DNA of 64,000 nucleotides from a virus (Duplodnaviria; Caudoviricetes), in the IMG/VR virus record IMGVR_UViG_3300034061_006011; one strand, written 5' to 3'. This document shows positions 56,774-64,000 of this stretch, piece by piece. A program made the position numbers and the translations under genes. Under the pieces are notes generated by a model. It worked only from the letters and a program-made list of their open reading frames with translations, was not told the origin of the DNA and made no database searches. Each line of letters begins with the position of its first letter. Position 1 is the stretch's first letter.

Positions 56774-57682
56774 CTAATAAATCCGTTCTCCTCTGACGGA
56801 CTCACTCGTCCTCTGCTTCCATTGGTCCCTTAAAACATCTCTTCGCATCATAGCTGCCTTGGAAAACGGCTCAACAGCCAAATGTGCAGCCGGAAGGTCA
56901 AATGCCTGCTGCGGCGTTTCTCCCACCAATAAGTCCTTCACAGTCATAGTTGTTACTGATTTCCCACCCTTATCAAATGTATTTACAAAAATAGTTGTAT
57001 TCATAGTAGCAGGCTGATACAGGAGAGCTTCATCATCACTAGTTGACCTGACACGCTGATTCTTGGCACAAATAGCCTTAAGGCAATTTATCAATTTCTC
57101 CTTGTCATACGAATACATGTCGAAATTGTTGGCACCCCTCACAAGTATCATACCAGCATCCTTCATCGCCTCTACTTCAAGCTGCTCTTCTCCATGACCC
57201 ATAGCTATCTTCTGCAAAATTGATGAAGCCGATCCCAAAGCCTCATCCAACCCTTTAGCCATTATTTGCTCAATATAATTTTCACATTCTTTATCATTAT
57301 TATACACATCAGAGGATATCATGTCGCTAATTACCGAATACATCAAACCAAAATTTTCATGATTGATGTATGTCTTATCGGAAGGAGGAAAAAAGAAACC
57401 GGAAGAATGAACATGACCACGCCTGACATCTCTCTCTTCTCTCTCAAGCTTTTCCTTGTTAACACAAGGATTGTTCCTAAAATTAGTATAAAAATCAAAT
57501 AAAGCTTTTTTGTATTTCGTGACATAATATTGCGATATTAAATCTGTATGTCCTCTGGATCTGTCAGATCTTATGGCATTCTGCAACTTACCATTTGGAT
57601 AATATATCCATTCGCCCTTGATGCAGGACTCTCCTTCACTCTCATTTTCTCTCATCAAAACCCAATCCATAAAACGAATCAT
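56774..57682 (-). CDS. CTS-tagged hypothetical protein
   Basis: MIRFMDWVLMRENE; TAAATA upstream. Confidence 0.68.
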   Translation of the reverse strand: MIRFMDWVLMRENESEGESCIKGEWIYYPNGKLQNAIRSDRSRGHTDLISQYYVTKYKKALFDFYTNFRNNPCVNKEKLEREERDVRRGHVHSSGFFFPPSDKTYINHENFGLMYSVISDMISSDVYNNDKECENYIEQIMAKGLDEALGSASSILQKIAMGHGEEQLEVEAMKDAGMILVRGANNFDMYSYDKEKLINCLKAICAKNQRVRSTSDDEALLYQPATMNTTIFVNTFDKGGKSVTTMTVKDLLVGETPQQAFDLPAAHLAVEPFSKAAMMRRDVLRDQWKQRTSESVRGERIY

Positions 57683-57731
57683 ATAATCTCCAATATTTAA
57701 TTACCCATGTATATTTATTCCAAATAATTAA

Positions 57732-57941
57732 AAACCTCACCCAATAGAACAACTAAAAGCCAAAAGAATTAAAATAACCATCAACCCCGGAGATTGGGTC
57801 TGCCTCACAAGAAATTATGCAAAAGAACACGGAGAAGGAAGCCTGAATAACGTATTCAAAATAATATCCAAAACAGTACCAGCTAAACACCTATTCACTA
57901 ACGGTGACATGCTACAAGAATTCGGTTACGACCCTTCTTAA
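57732..57941 (+). pseudogene. Start-less fragment of an ART-like phage domain
   Basis: Manual translation INPGDWVCLTRNYAKEHG..ISKTVPAKHLFTNGDMLQEFGYDP; in-frame TAA at 57729 and no upstream ATG. Confidence 0.55.
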
Positions 57942-57948
57942 TACACAT

Positions 57949-58545
57949 TTATACCGCACGAATATTTTGTAAAAATTTCTTCTTTTCCAAAGGACTCGAC
58001 TCCATTGTCAAATTCTCTGGAATAGATGGATAACCCTTCGGAACATATTCCCTTTCATATATATCTCTCCTCATCCATTGATTTATTTTTACCGAAACAT
58101 ATGAAGGAAATAAACCCTTGATGGCAAAAATATCATACGCATCTCTGCGACCTTCAGGATTCGTTATTATTCCAGTAACAGGATTGGCAGTTTTTGTTTT
58201 TGACGGACTCCATATCAGATAATCAGGATTATTATTTTTGATAAACTCACCAATTGCATAAAAAACAGCACCAATCACCTTAATACCAACTCCACGCCTC
58301 TCATCCTTAGAATTGTTACTTCCCCTTTTAAACTCAACTTCATAACTATTCGATTTCAACTCCTCAAACCAGACCAAATAACACCACTTGGGACTACAAT
58401 CATCACCCTCAACATCGAAGTAAAACAAATCATTGCGACTCCACTCCGAATGCTTCGGCTTACCTCCATCAGTTCCCACAATAGTCATCTCGCTTAACCA
58501 CAAATAATCATCTGTTCGGTCCAAATATTCAAAAAATGTTTTCAT
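57949..58545 (-). CDS. CTS-tagged hypothetical protein
   Basis: Start reassigned to 58545 (MKTFFEYL); N-terminal DNA identical to that of the sigma gene. Confidence 0.68.
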   Translation of the reverse strand: MKTFFEYLDRTDDYLWLSEMTIVGTDGGKPKHSEWSRNDLFYFDVEGDDCSPKWCYLVWFEELKSNSYEVEFKRGSNNSKDERRGVGIKVIGAVFYAIGEFIKNNNPDYLIWSPSKTKTANPVTGIITNPEGRRDAYDIFAIKGLFPSYVSVKINQWMRRDIYEREYVPKGYPSIPENLTMESSPLEKKKFLQNIRAV

Positions 58546-58549
58546 AATA

Positions 58550-59713
58550 TCAACTGCCCCTTCTATCCATAATAACTTCACCCCTGCAACCATCTATAAT
58601 TGAATGGTAAGAGGCTGCAATTTCATTAAATCTACTGTCCAAACCATCTAGCAAACTATCAAAATTTTCCGGTTCCCTACCTGCAAATAATTTTTGCAAC
58701 TTTACTTTGTAATTAGGATCAACTATCGGCAACCTTCCTCCTTGAGTTAACCAAAATACAAATATCTCCATTTGTAACTCCCCAGAATTTAAAGCCTGTT
58801 GTAAATCCATTTTCGATTTTATAAATTGACCCGATCTGGCTCCAGATATTATCTTAAACGCTTCCTTTATACTCCAAATACTAGGAAACAAAATTGTTAG
58901 AAAATCTATAGTTATATTCCCTATTCTTTTTTGTATTTCTTCATCAGTATACAAAGCTTCTTTATTACCATCTTTCAACACATCAATCCAACCTTGATAA
59001 AACTGTGGATACATCGGACTAACCAAAAAGTCTTTCAAAAGTTCCTTAACTAAATTTTCAGCTCTAACACAATCCTCCTGAATTTTATTCATGTATGTGT
59101 TGCCATAATCTGCTGTACGAGCAAGTGACCCTCTATCAAAAATACCATGTGCAAATGTGTGAAGAATCAACCAAGGAGTCAAAGGATCAGCAGCAGTACT
59201 CGTCTTCATGTAAACAATATCATTCTCACTTATGTTCATTCCGTCACGACCATAAAAATAATTTTTTAATTGATTGTAGTTGTCTTTAGTTAACTCTTTA
59301 CTTATGGTAAATCCTGACTTAATATCATCTTTAGGATAACCAAAATAGAAATGTATGTTCACAATACCAAGCTTCTCTAACTTCTTTTCAAGACCAGACA
59401 TTATCAATTTAAAATTTCTAGGATTCTCTATAATTTTCTTGTCACCACCTTTAAAATTGTGATCCCAACCAGAACTACCATATCGACTACCAACATCATC
59501 AGAATCAATATCCTTGTCTGGAAAATGCTTTTTATACTCATCACCATAATTTGAACCAAATTGAGAAGACCAACCATAATCATTAGACGGCGGCTGATTT
59601 TGCAAACCCTGTGAAAGATTATGCTGAACCGGATAACCTCCAACTGACCCTAAAACTTCATCAATTGTAAATTTATTGTCATTAATCAAAAACCACTCTT
59701 TAAATCTTTTCAT
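58550..59713 (-). CDS. CTS-tagged protein, zincin-like HxxxH; paralog of 46533..47348
   Basis: MKRFKEWF; LTPWLILHTFAH; ends CRGEVIMD. Confidence 0.72.
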   Translation of the reverse strand: MKRFKEWFLINDNKFTIDEVLGSVGGYPVQHNLSQGLQNQPPSNDYGWSSQFGSNYGDEYKKHFPDKDIDSDDVGSRYGSSGWDHNFKGGDKKIIENPRNFKLIMSGLEKKLEKLGIVNIHFYFGYPKDDIKSGFTISKELTKDNYNQLKNYFYGRDGMNISENDIVYMKTSTAADPLTPWLILHTFAHGIFDRGSLARTADYGNTYMNKIQEDCVRAENLVKELLKDFLVSPMYPQFYQGWIDVLKDGNKEALYTDEEIQKRIGNITIDFLTILFPSIWSIKEAFKIISGARSGQFIKSKMDLQQALNSGELQMEIFVFWLTQGGRLPIVDPNYKVKLQKLFAGREPENFDSLLDGLDSRFNEIAASYHSIIDGCRGEVIMDRRGS

Positions 59714-59851
59714 AATACATATCTATCCCACAAAAACAAAAACCCTACCACCCCCAAAAAAATACCCCGGCGCATTTTTTTAAACCCCATACCTTCATAT
59801 ATTTTTAACCTATTACCACATATACACAATACCATGTCACAACATTTCTGT

Positions 59852-59975
59852 AAAATGAAATAAAATTATTCCAGATTTTTAGAAAATGAAATAAAATTAT
59901 TCCAGATTTTTAGAAAATGAAATAAAATTATTCCAAAATTTTAGAAAATGAAATAAAATTATTCCAAAATTTTTT
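59852..59975. repeat. AT-rich 31-bp tandem repeat x4
   Basis: AAAATGAAATAAAATTATTCCAGATTTTTAG units at 59852, 59883, 59914, 59945. Confidence 0.92.
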
Positions 59976-60156
59976 AAATAAATCAAGATGAACAACAAAA
60001 GGGAGCCATGATGGCGGGGGGATACCCCCCTACCCCACTCTCTTTTGGGGAATGTCAAGTGCAATTATGTTATGGCAACTTTGTAACATAATTAAAAAAC
60101 CCCTATAAAACAAGTGCGGCGCAATTGTGTTATCACGCCGCCTGCCTATTCTGTTA

Positions 60157-60327
60157 TCACCTTACCCACTTCATAGTTATGTTAGCCTGAACCTTTGGCT
60201 TATCCCCCTCCCATTCAGTATTGATATTCACTTCTGTTATCTGCCTTGTCGGCTTGCGGTCATGGTGTTGAACGTGTTGGCAACCTACCGACAACACCAC
60301 AACCAATAACATAATTAACCTTACCAT
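60157..60327 (-). CDS. Small lipoprotein-like protein
   Basis: Start 60327 (AAGGA SD); hydrophobic leader ending in lipobox-like LSVGC. Confidence 0.6.
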   Translation of the reverse strand: MVRLIMLLVVVLSVGCQHVQHHDRKPTRQITEVNINTEWEGDKPKVQANITMKWVR

Positions 60328-60470
60328 GGTCATCATCCTTGAATGCCGATTGATCCCCACACTACTATTATCGGCATTCAACCAACCAGACTTGAACCAA
60401 CCTAAAGATTCTTCCTAACCACATTTTAGTATCCTAAGTTTGTCCGCATTGTCTCAATTGAAATAACAAT

Positions 60471-60503
60471 AAAAAAACCCCCTTCTCCGGGTGGAGAAGG
60501 GGG
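60471..60503 (-). terminator. Rho-independent terminator
   Basis: CCCCCTTCTCC / GGAGAAGGGGG stem plus A7 (U-run on minus strand). Confidence 0.9.
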
Positions 60504-60524
60504 CTGTTGATTATTGTTAGCCTA

Positions 60525-61190
60525 TCATTCAGATAACAGAATCATTTCTAATTCCCCCCCACGGATTCCCATTGAAGGGAATCCCTTGGCTGAATAAATT
60601 CTTTCGATTGCGTCTTCGGACGTTAGCCCGAAGACGTTTTGCAATTGTTGGAACAGGCACTTCAAATGGCGATCCAGTGCCAACTTTGTTATCACAATAA
60701 CAAAGTTTTCAATGGTGCCGTTAACACGGCACGCCGTCCCAGTGGGACGGTTGATTTCAAAATTAACCGTCCCAAGACGGTTCACATCCCACTTATAACG
60801 CCCACTGGCGGATTGATCCGCCGGTGTTGGTAGTGGGTGTTGACAATTACAATAAGTATCCTGATCCGCATTGAAATAGTCCGCCCAATCAATGGGCGTT
60901 CCAATGCACGCCCAAAGATGCCCAAACGAATGGGCGATTTTACGGGACACCCGCAATTGTGCGGGTGTCATTTTTGAAGTCTCAAAACTGAATTCATCGG
61001 GATACCGAAGTGGCTCGCCACTCCAGTGGCGTGAACAGTCTCGCTTGCCCCGTAGGGCAAGCGATGCGATTTCAGCGGCATTGGGTGCCGCAGCGTTCTT
61101 CCTGATCCAGTGGTTGAGATACGCAACACGACCGGTTGCGGTTGCGGTTGCGGTTGCGGTTGCGGTGGCGGTGGCGGTTGAAATGGTCAT
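60525..61190 (-). CDS. Early hypothetical protein with (TA)n N-terminus
   Basis: Start reassigned to 61190 (GAGAG SD after structured leader). Confidence 0.65.
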   Translation of the reverse strand: MTISTATATATATATATATGRVAYLNHWIRKNAAAPNAAEIASLALRGKRDCSRHWSGEPLRYPDEFSFETSKMTPAQLRVSRKIAHSFGHLWACIGTPIDWADYFNADQDTYCNCQHPLPTPADQSASGRYKWDVNRLGTVNFEINRPTGTACRVNGTIENFVIVITKLALDRHLKCLFQQLQNVFGLTSEDAIERIYSAKGFPSMGIRGGELEMILLSE

Positions 61191-61269
61191 GTTCGATACT
61201 CTCATGCCCGTTTCAGGTACGGGTGGACCTTGGCTAAGGTGAACCACAACATGCGGTTCACCTACGACT

Positions 61270-61297
61270 ATCTTAACATCATCCCCAACTAGGTCAA
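61270..61297 (-). promoter_or_regulatory. Sigma70-type early promoter
   Basis: TTGACC-16-TAAGAT with TG extension. Confidence 0.75.
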
Positions 61298-61496
61298 GAG
61301 AAAATCCACCCAAGAGAAAAGATTCCTCCCATCCACATTTTAGTATCCTAGTGTTGTCTCAATTGTCCAGCAATAGGATTCCTCCCATCCACATTTTAGT
61401 ATCCTAGTGTTGTCCACATTGTCCAGCAATAGGATTCCTCCCATCCACATTTTAGTATCCTAGTGTTGTCTCAATTGTATCAATTCAGATAACAAT

Positions 61497-61529
61497 AAAA
61501 AAACCCCCTTGACTTGTCTGTCAAGGGGG
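61497..61529 (-). terminator. Rho-independent terminator
   Basis: CCCCCTTGAC / GTCAAGGGGG stem plus A-run; same at 61950. Confidence 0.9.
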
Positions 61530-61552
61530 TGGTTGATTAAGTTAGCCGATTG

Positions 61553-61759
61553 TTATTTAATTTTGTCGAGCCACATATCGATGATTCCAGAAACCAGTTT
61601 CCTTTCCTTTGGTTTCATTCTTAGAAACATTTTTAGATGTTCAACGATTTTCTCGAATCGTTCCAGCTCATTTTTGATTCTTTTAAGTTGTTTGTCTACC
61701 CTCTTTGGGCGAGAAACCTTTCCATCAACAATGCGGCTTGATTCGTTTTCAGTTCTCAT
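61553..61759 (-). CDS. Small early hypothetical protein
   Basis: Within a promoter/leader/terminator cassette. Confidence 0.65.
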   Translation of the reverse strand: MRTENESSRIVDGKVSRPKRVDKQLKRIKNELERFEKIVEHLKMFLRMKPKERKLVSGIIDMWLDKIK

Positions 61760-61833
61760 GGTATTCGATCCATACGGTTTTCAGGGGAACCGGGAACCTA
61801 GAAGCGGCACACTATGCGCCGCCTCATGCATTC

Positions 61834-61861
61834 ATTCTACCATCATCCCCAACTAGGTCAA
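61834..61861 (-). promoter_or_regulatory. Sigma70-type early promoter
   Basis: TTGACC-16-TAGAAT with TG extension. Confidence 0.8.
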
Positions 61862-61949
61862 GGGAAAAGAAAAGATTCCTCCCATACACATTTTAGTATC
61901 CTAGTGTTGTCTCAATTGTCCAGCACAATATCAAAATTGAAATAACAAT

Positions 61950-61982
61950 AAAAAAACCCCCTTGACTTGTCTGTCAAGGGGG
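61950..61982 (-). terminator. Rho-independent terminator
   Basis: Identical to 61497..61529. Confidence 0.9.
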
Positions 61983-62006
61983 CTGTAGTTTTGTTATCTG
62001 ATATTG

Positions 62007-62273
62007 TTATTTTGTGAACGCCTCCAGTATTGCCTTCATGGCAACGTCTCTTATTTCACTCTTAGGCAAACGCATGATTGCCCGCATACAAGAGATTTTA
62101 TTCTTGTAGCTTTTGAGTAGGTCATCCAATGGCGTTTTCTCCCTTGCGTGGGGTATTTCCGGCAGATTAAACCGCTGTGGCTTATCGCACTTAATGTATT
62201 CCTTGTATTCCTTTTCCCGCTTGTCGGCGGTTGGAGAAACGGTTGCGGCAACGGCGTTACGCTCAATTTTCAT
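62007..62273 (-). CDS. Small early hypothetical protein
   Basis: Within a cassette; leader nearly identical to that of 61759. Confidence 0.65.
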   Translation of the reverse strand: MKIERNAVAATVSPTADKREKEYKEYIKCDKPQRFNLPEIPHAREKTPLDDLLKSYKNKISCMRAIMRLPKSEIRDVAMKAILEAFTK

Positions 62274-62347
62274 AGCAGTCGATCCAACCGGTTTTCAGGG
62301 GAACCGGGAACCTAGAAACGGCACACTATGCGCCGCCTCATGAAGTC

Positions 62348-62375
62348 ATTCTAACAACGTCCCCAACTAGGTCAA
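62348..62375 (-). promoter_or_regulatory. Sigma70-type early promoter
   Basis: TTGACC-16-TAGAAT with TG extension. Confidence 0.8.
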
Positions 62376-62583
62376 GAGAAAATCCACCCAAGAGAAAAGA
62401 TTCCTCCCATCCACATTTTAGTATCCTAAAGTTGTCCGTATTGTATCTTAAGAGGAATTCCTCCCATCCACATTTTAGTATCCTAAAGTTGTCCGTATTG
62501 TATCGTAATAGGAATTCCTTCCATCCACATTTTAGTATCCTAAAGTTGTCTTAATTATCTAGAACGATATCAAAAAAGGGTGT

Positions 62584-62700
62584 AATAGTGTTAGCCGATA
62601 ACGAAATAGCGGAGATAACGAAATGGCGGGAATAGTGTTAGCCGATAACGAAATAGCGAAGATAACGAAATGAAGGTAATAGTGTTAGCAGATAACGAAA
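62584..62700. repeat. GATAACG / AATAGTGTTAGC array 1
   Basis: 5 GATAACG and 3 AATAGTGTTAGC copies. Confidence 0.88.
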
Positions 62701-62716
62701 TTAAAGATATGAAAAC

Positions 62717-62749
62717 AAAAAAACCCCGCAAGCCTTTCGACTTGCGGGG
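62717..62749 (-). terminator. Rho-independent terminator
   Basis: CCCCGCAAG / CTTGCGGGG stem plus A-run; same at 63785. Confidence 0.9.
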
Positions 62750-62770
62750 CAGATTGACCGGCAGGGGTTG

Positions 62771-63283
62771 TCATGTTGTCGTGTGTGATGTAATCTTGAT
62801 CACATTATTGGAAACACCTTGATAAACCGGAGACATCTTACCCGCATGAGTGAACTCAATTCCGTAATTGGCACCGACACGGAATTCGGTTTCCGTTCCG
62901 GGTTCATAAGCCACGAAACCGATATTCGTTGCCTCATGAACAAAGTTCACGATGCGAGTTGGTTTCCCATATCCCCAGCGTACTGGTGAAACCCCTACGC
63001 ATATCACTTCAATATTGTAATTACCCGGCTCAATCGCTTGAGTGATTGGCGTTGGCAATTTAATAGCTGCAATTGGTGCAAGTGGTGCAATTGGTGCAAT
63101 TGGTGCCACTGGTGGCACTTGCGCCACTGGTGCCACTGGTGGCACTTGCGCCACTTGCGCCAACGCTGCCCTAAGCGTTGCCAATTGTTCGGGGTTGAAA
63201 CCCCGAACAAGATCAAGCATCGACTGGCTTGCATCGATTGCCACTGGTGCGGAAACGGACTTGGCGTTCTTGCGGGGTGCCAT
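62771..63283 (-). CDS. Early hypothetical protein with Ala/Pro/Val repeat linker
   Basis: Start reassigned to 63283 (GGAG SD; MAPRKNAK). Confidence 0.65.
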   Translation of the reverse strand: MAPRKNAKSVSAPVAIDASQSMLDLVRGFNPEQLATLRAALAQVAQVPPVAPVAQVPPVAPIAPIAPLAPIAAIKLPTPITQAIEPGNYNIEVICVGVSPVRWGYGKPTRIVNFVHEATNIGFVAYEPGTETEFRVGANYGIEFTHAGKMSPVYQGVSNNVIKITSHTTT

Positions 63284-63362
63284 GGTCATAAACTCCATGC
63301 CAGTTTCAGGATACTGGCGGAACCGGTTAAGGTGAACCACAACATGCGGTTCACCTACAAGC

Positions 63363-63391
63363 ATCATAGGGAAACCGTTTCACTAGGTCAA
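63363..63391 (-). promoter_or_regulatory. Sigma70-type early promoter
   Basis: TTGACC-17-TATGAT. Confidence 0.78.
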
Positions 63392-63604
63392 GCGAATTCC
63401 CAAGAAAGTTTCCTTACAAATTCTTAAGATCCGCGGACCCCCCCCCCTCCCATCCACATTTTAGTATCCTAAAGTTGTCTCAATTGTCCAGTCTGGTAAC
63501 AAAAAAGGAATTCCTCCCATCCACATTTTAGTATCCTAAAGTTGTCTCAATTGTTTCTAAAAAAAACAAAATTAAATTATAATATTTAATTTCATAATTA
63601 AAAT

Positions 63605-63770
63605 AGTTATCAGATAACGAAAGTGGCAATAATGTTAGCCGATAACGGAATAGGGGAGATAACGGAAACGGTAATAGTGTTAGCGGATAACGTAAGTGGG
63701 AATAGTGTTAGCGGATAACGGAAGTGGGAATAGTGTTAGCGAATAACGGAATAGGGGAGATAACGAAATT
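63605..63770. repeat. GATAACG / AATAGTGTTAGC array 2
   Basis: 6 exact GATAACG plus 1 variant; 3 AATAGTGTTAGC plus 1 variant. Confidence 0.88.
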
Positions 63771-63784
63771 ACCGATATGAAAAC

Positions 63785-63817
63785 AAAAAAACCCCGCAAG
63801 CCTTTCGACTTGCGGGG
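63785..63817 (-). terminator. Rho-independent terminator
   Basis: Identical to 62717..62749. Confidence 0.9.
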
Positions 63818-63841
63818 CAGGATTGCCGATATGTTATTCGA

Positions 63842-64000
63842 TTATGCACCAAGCCAGATGATCTTGGTGTTCTTATTGGCAAGATGACGGGTGAGCAGGA
63901 AGACGAGATCAGTGTCTTCCTTTTTTGAAATCATCTTGATTACGTCACCGTTTCGATCAACGGTCAATTGAACCGAAGTTCCTTCAATCTGGTTCATTCC
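63842..64000 (-). CDS. 3' part of a small hypothetical protein (may start beyond the window)
   Basis: Open frame ...MNQIEGTSVQ..IIWLGA* ending just before the terminator. Confidence 0.5.
   Translation of the reverse strand, partial: GMNQIEGTSVQLTVDRNGDVIKMISKKEDTDLVFLLTRHLANKNTKIIWLGA

Larger units (their letters stand above)
60420..63538 (-). repeat. Dispersed 17-bp core element CACATTTTAGTATCCTA, 10 exact copies
   Basis: Core starts 60420, 61334, 61390, 61446, 61887, 62412, 62469, 62526, 63455, 63522; the two triplet clusters have 56-57 bp periods. Confidence 0.92.

Noticed and set aside
60040-60060. TTGACA on the minus strand as a promoter
   Set aside because: No -10 element at the right spacing and no downstream ORF
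61324-62560. 56-57 bp periodic repeats as a CRISPR array
   Set aside because: The intervening sequences are near-identical rather than unique spacers, clusters have at most 3 units, and there are no cas genes
61190-63357. CUGAA hairpins as hammerhead ribozymes
   Set aside because: No CUGANGA...GAAA core or three-stem junction; CUGAA is a terminal loop
60892-63427. Plus-strand ORFs 60892, 61509, 62113, 63038, 63042
   Set aside because: Antisense to cassette genes; promoters, SD sequences and terminators all point to the minus strand
1-64000. tRNA or rRNA genes; stop-codon reassignment
   Set aside because: No cloverleaf or TTCGA arm context was recognised by eye despite the CCA-like gene (tRNAscan would be decisive); standard code gives dense full-length ORFs

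Overview
This window is part of a large T4-like (jumbo) myovirus genome, AT-rich up to about 60 kb. It holds the head morphogenesis core: gp23-like major capsid, gp22-like scaffold, gp21 prohead protease, gp20 portal with an intein, gp17 large terminase and a gp2-like end protector. It also has a dispersed glycan-modification set (GT9/GT2-like transferases, TylF, FkbM and class I methyltransferases, a sulfotransferase, a GH130-like propeller) and auxiliary genes (CCA/poly(A) polymerase-like, DEDDh exonuclease, Nudix, flavoprotein, ferritin-like, M4-like protease). The most notable signal is that about 24 otherwise unrelated ORFs start with a peptide resembling the T4 internal-protein capsid targeting sequence (M-x1-3-F-x-[EQD]-[FWY]-[LIV]..E). 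Many have TAAATA (T4 late promoter core) 4-6 nt before the ATG. Fourteen of them form a 13 kb island (46.5-59.7 kb) encoding several ADP-ribosyltransferase-like proteins, an ECF-like sigma factor and a ParB-like domain, partly separated by identical promoter repeats. This looks like a shuffleable arsenal of virion-packaged, injected effectors. The last 4 kb is GC-richer and built from repeated terminator / 17-mer element / sigma70 promoter / structured-leader cassettes, with a covarying CCUGAA-loop hairpin and iteron-like GATAACG arrays. All calls come from motif recognition by eye; no database searches were run.
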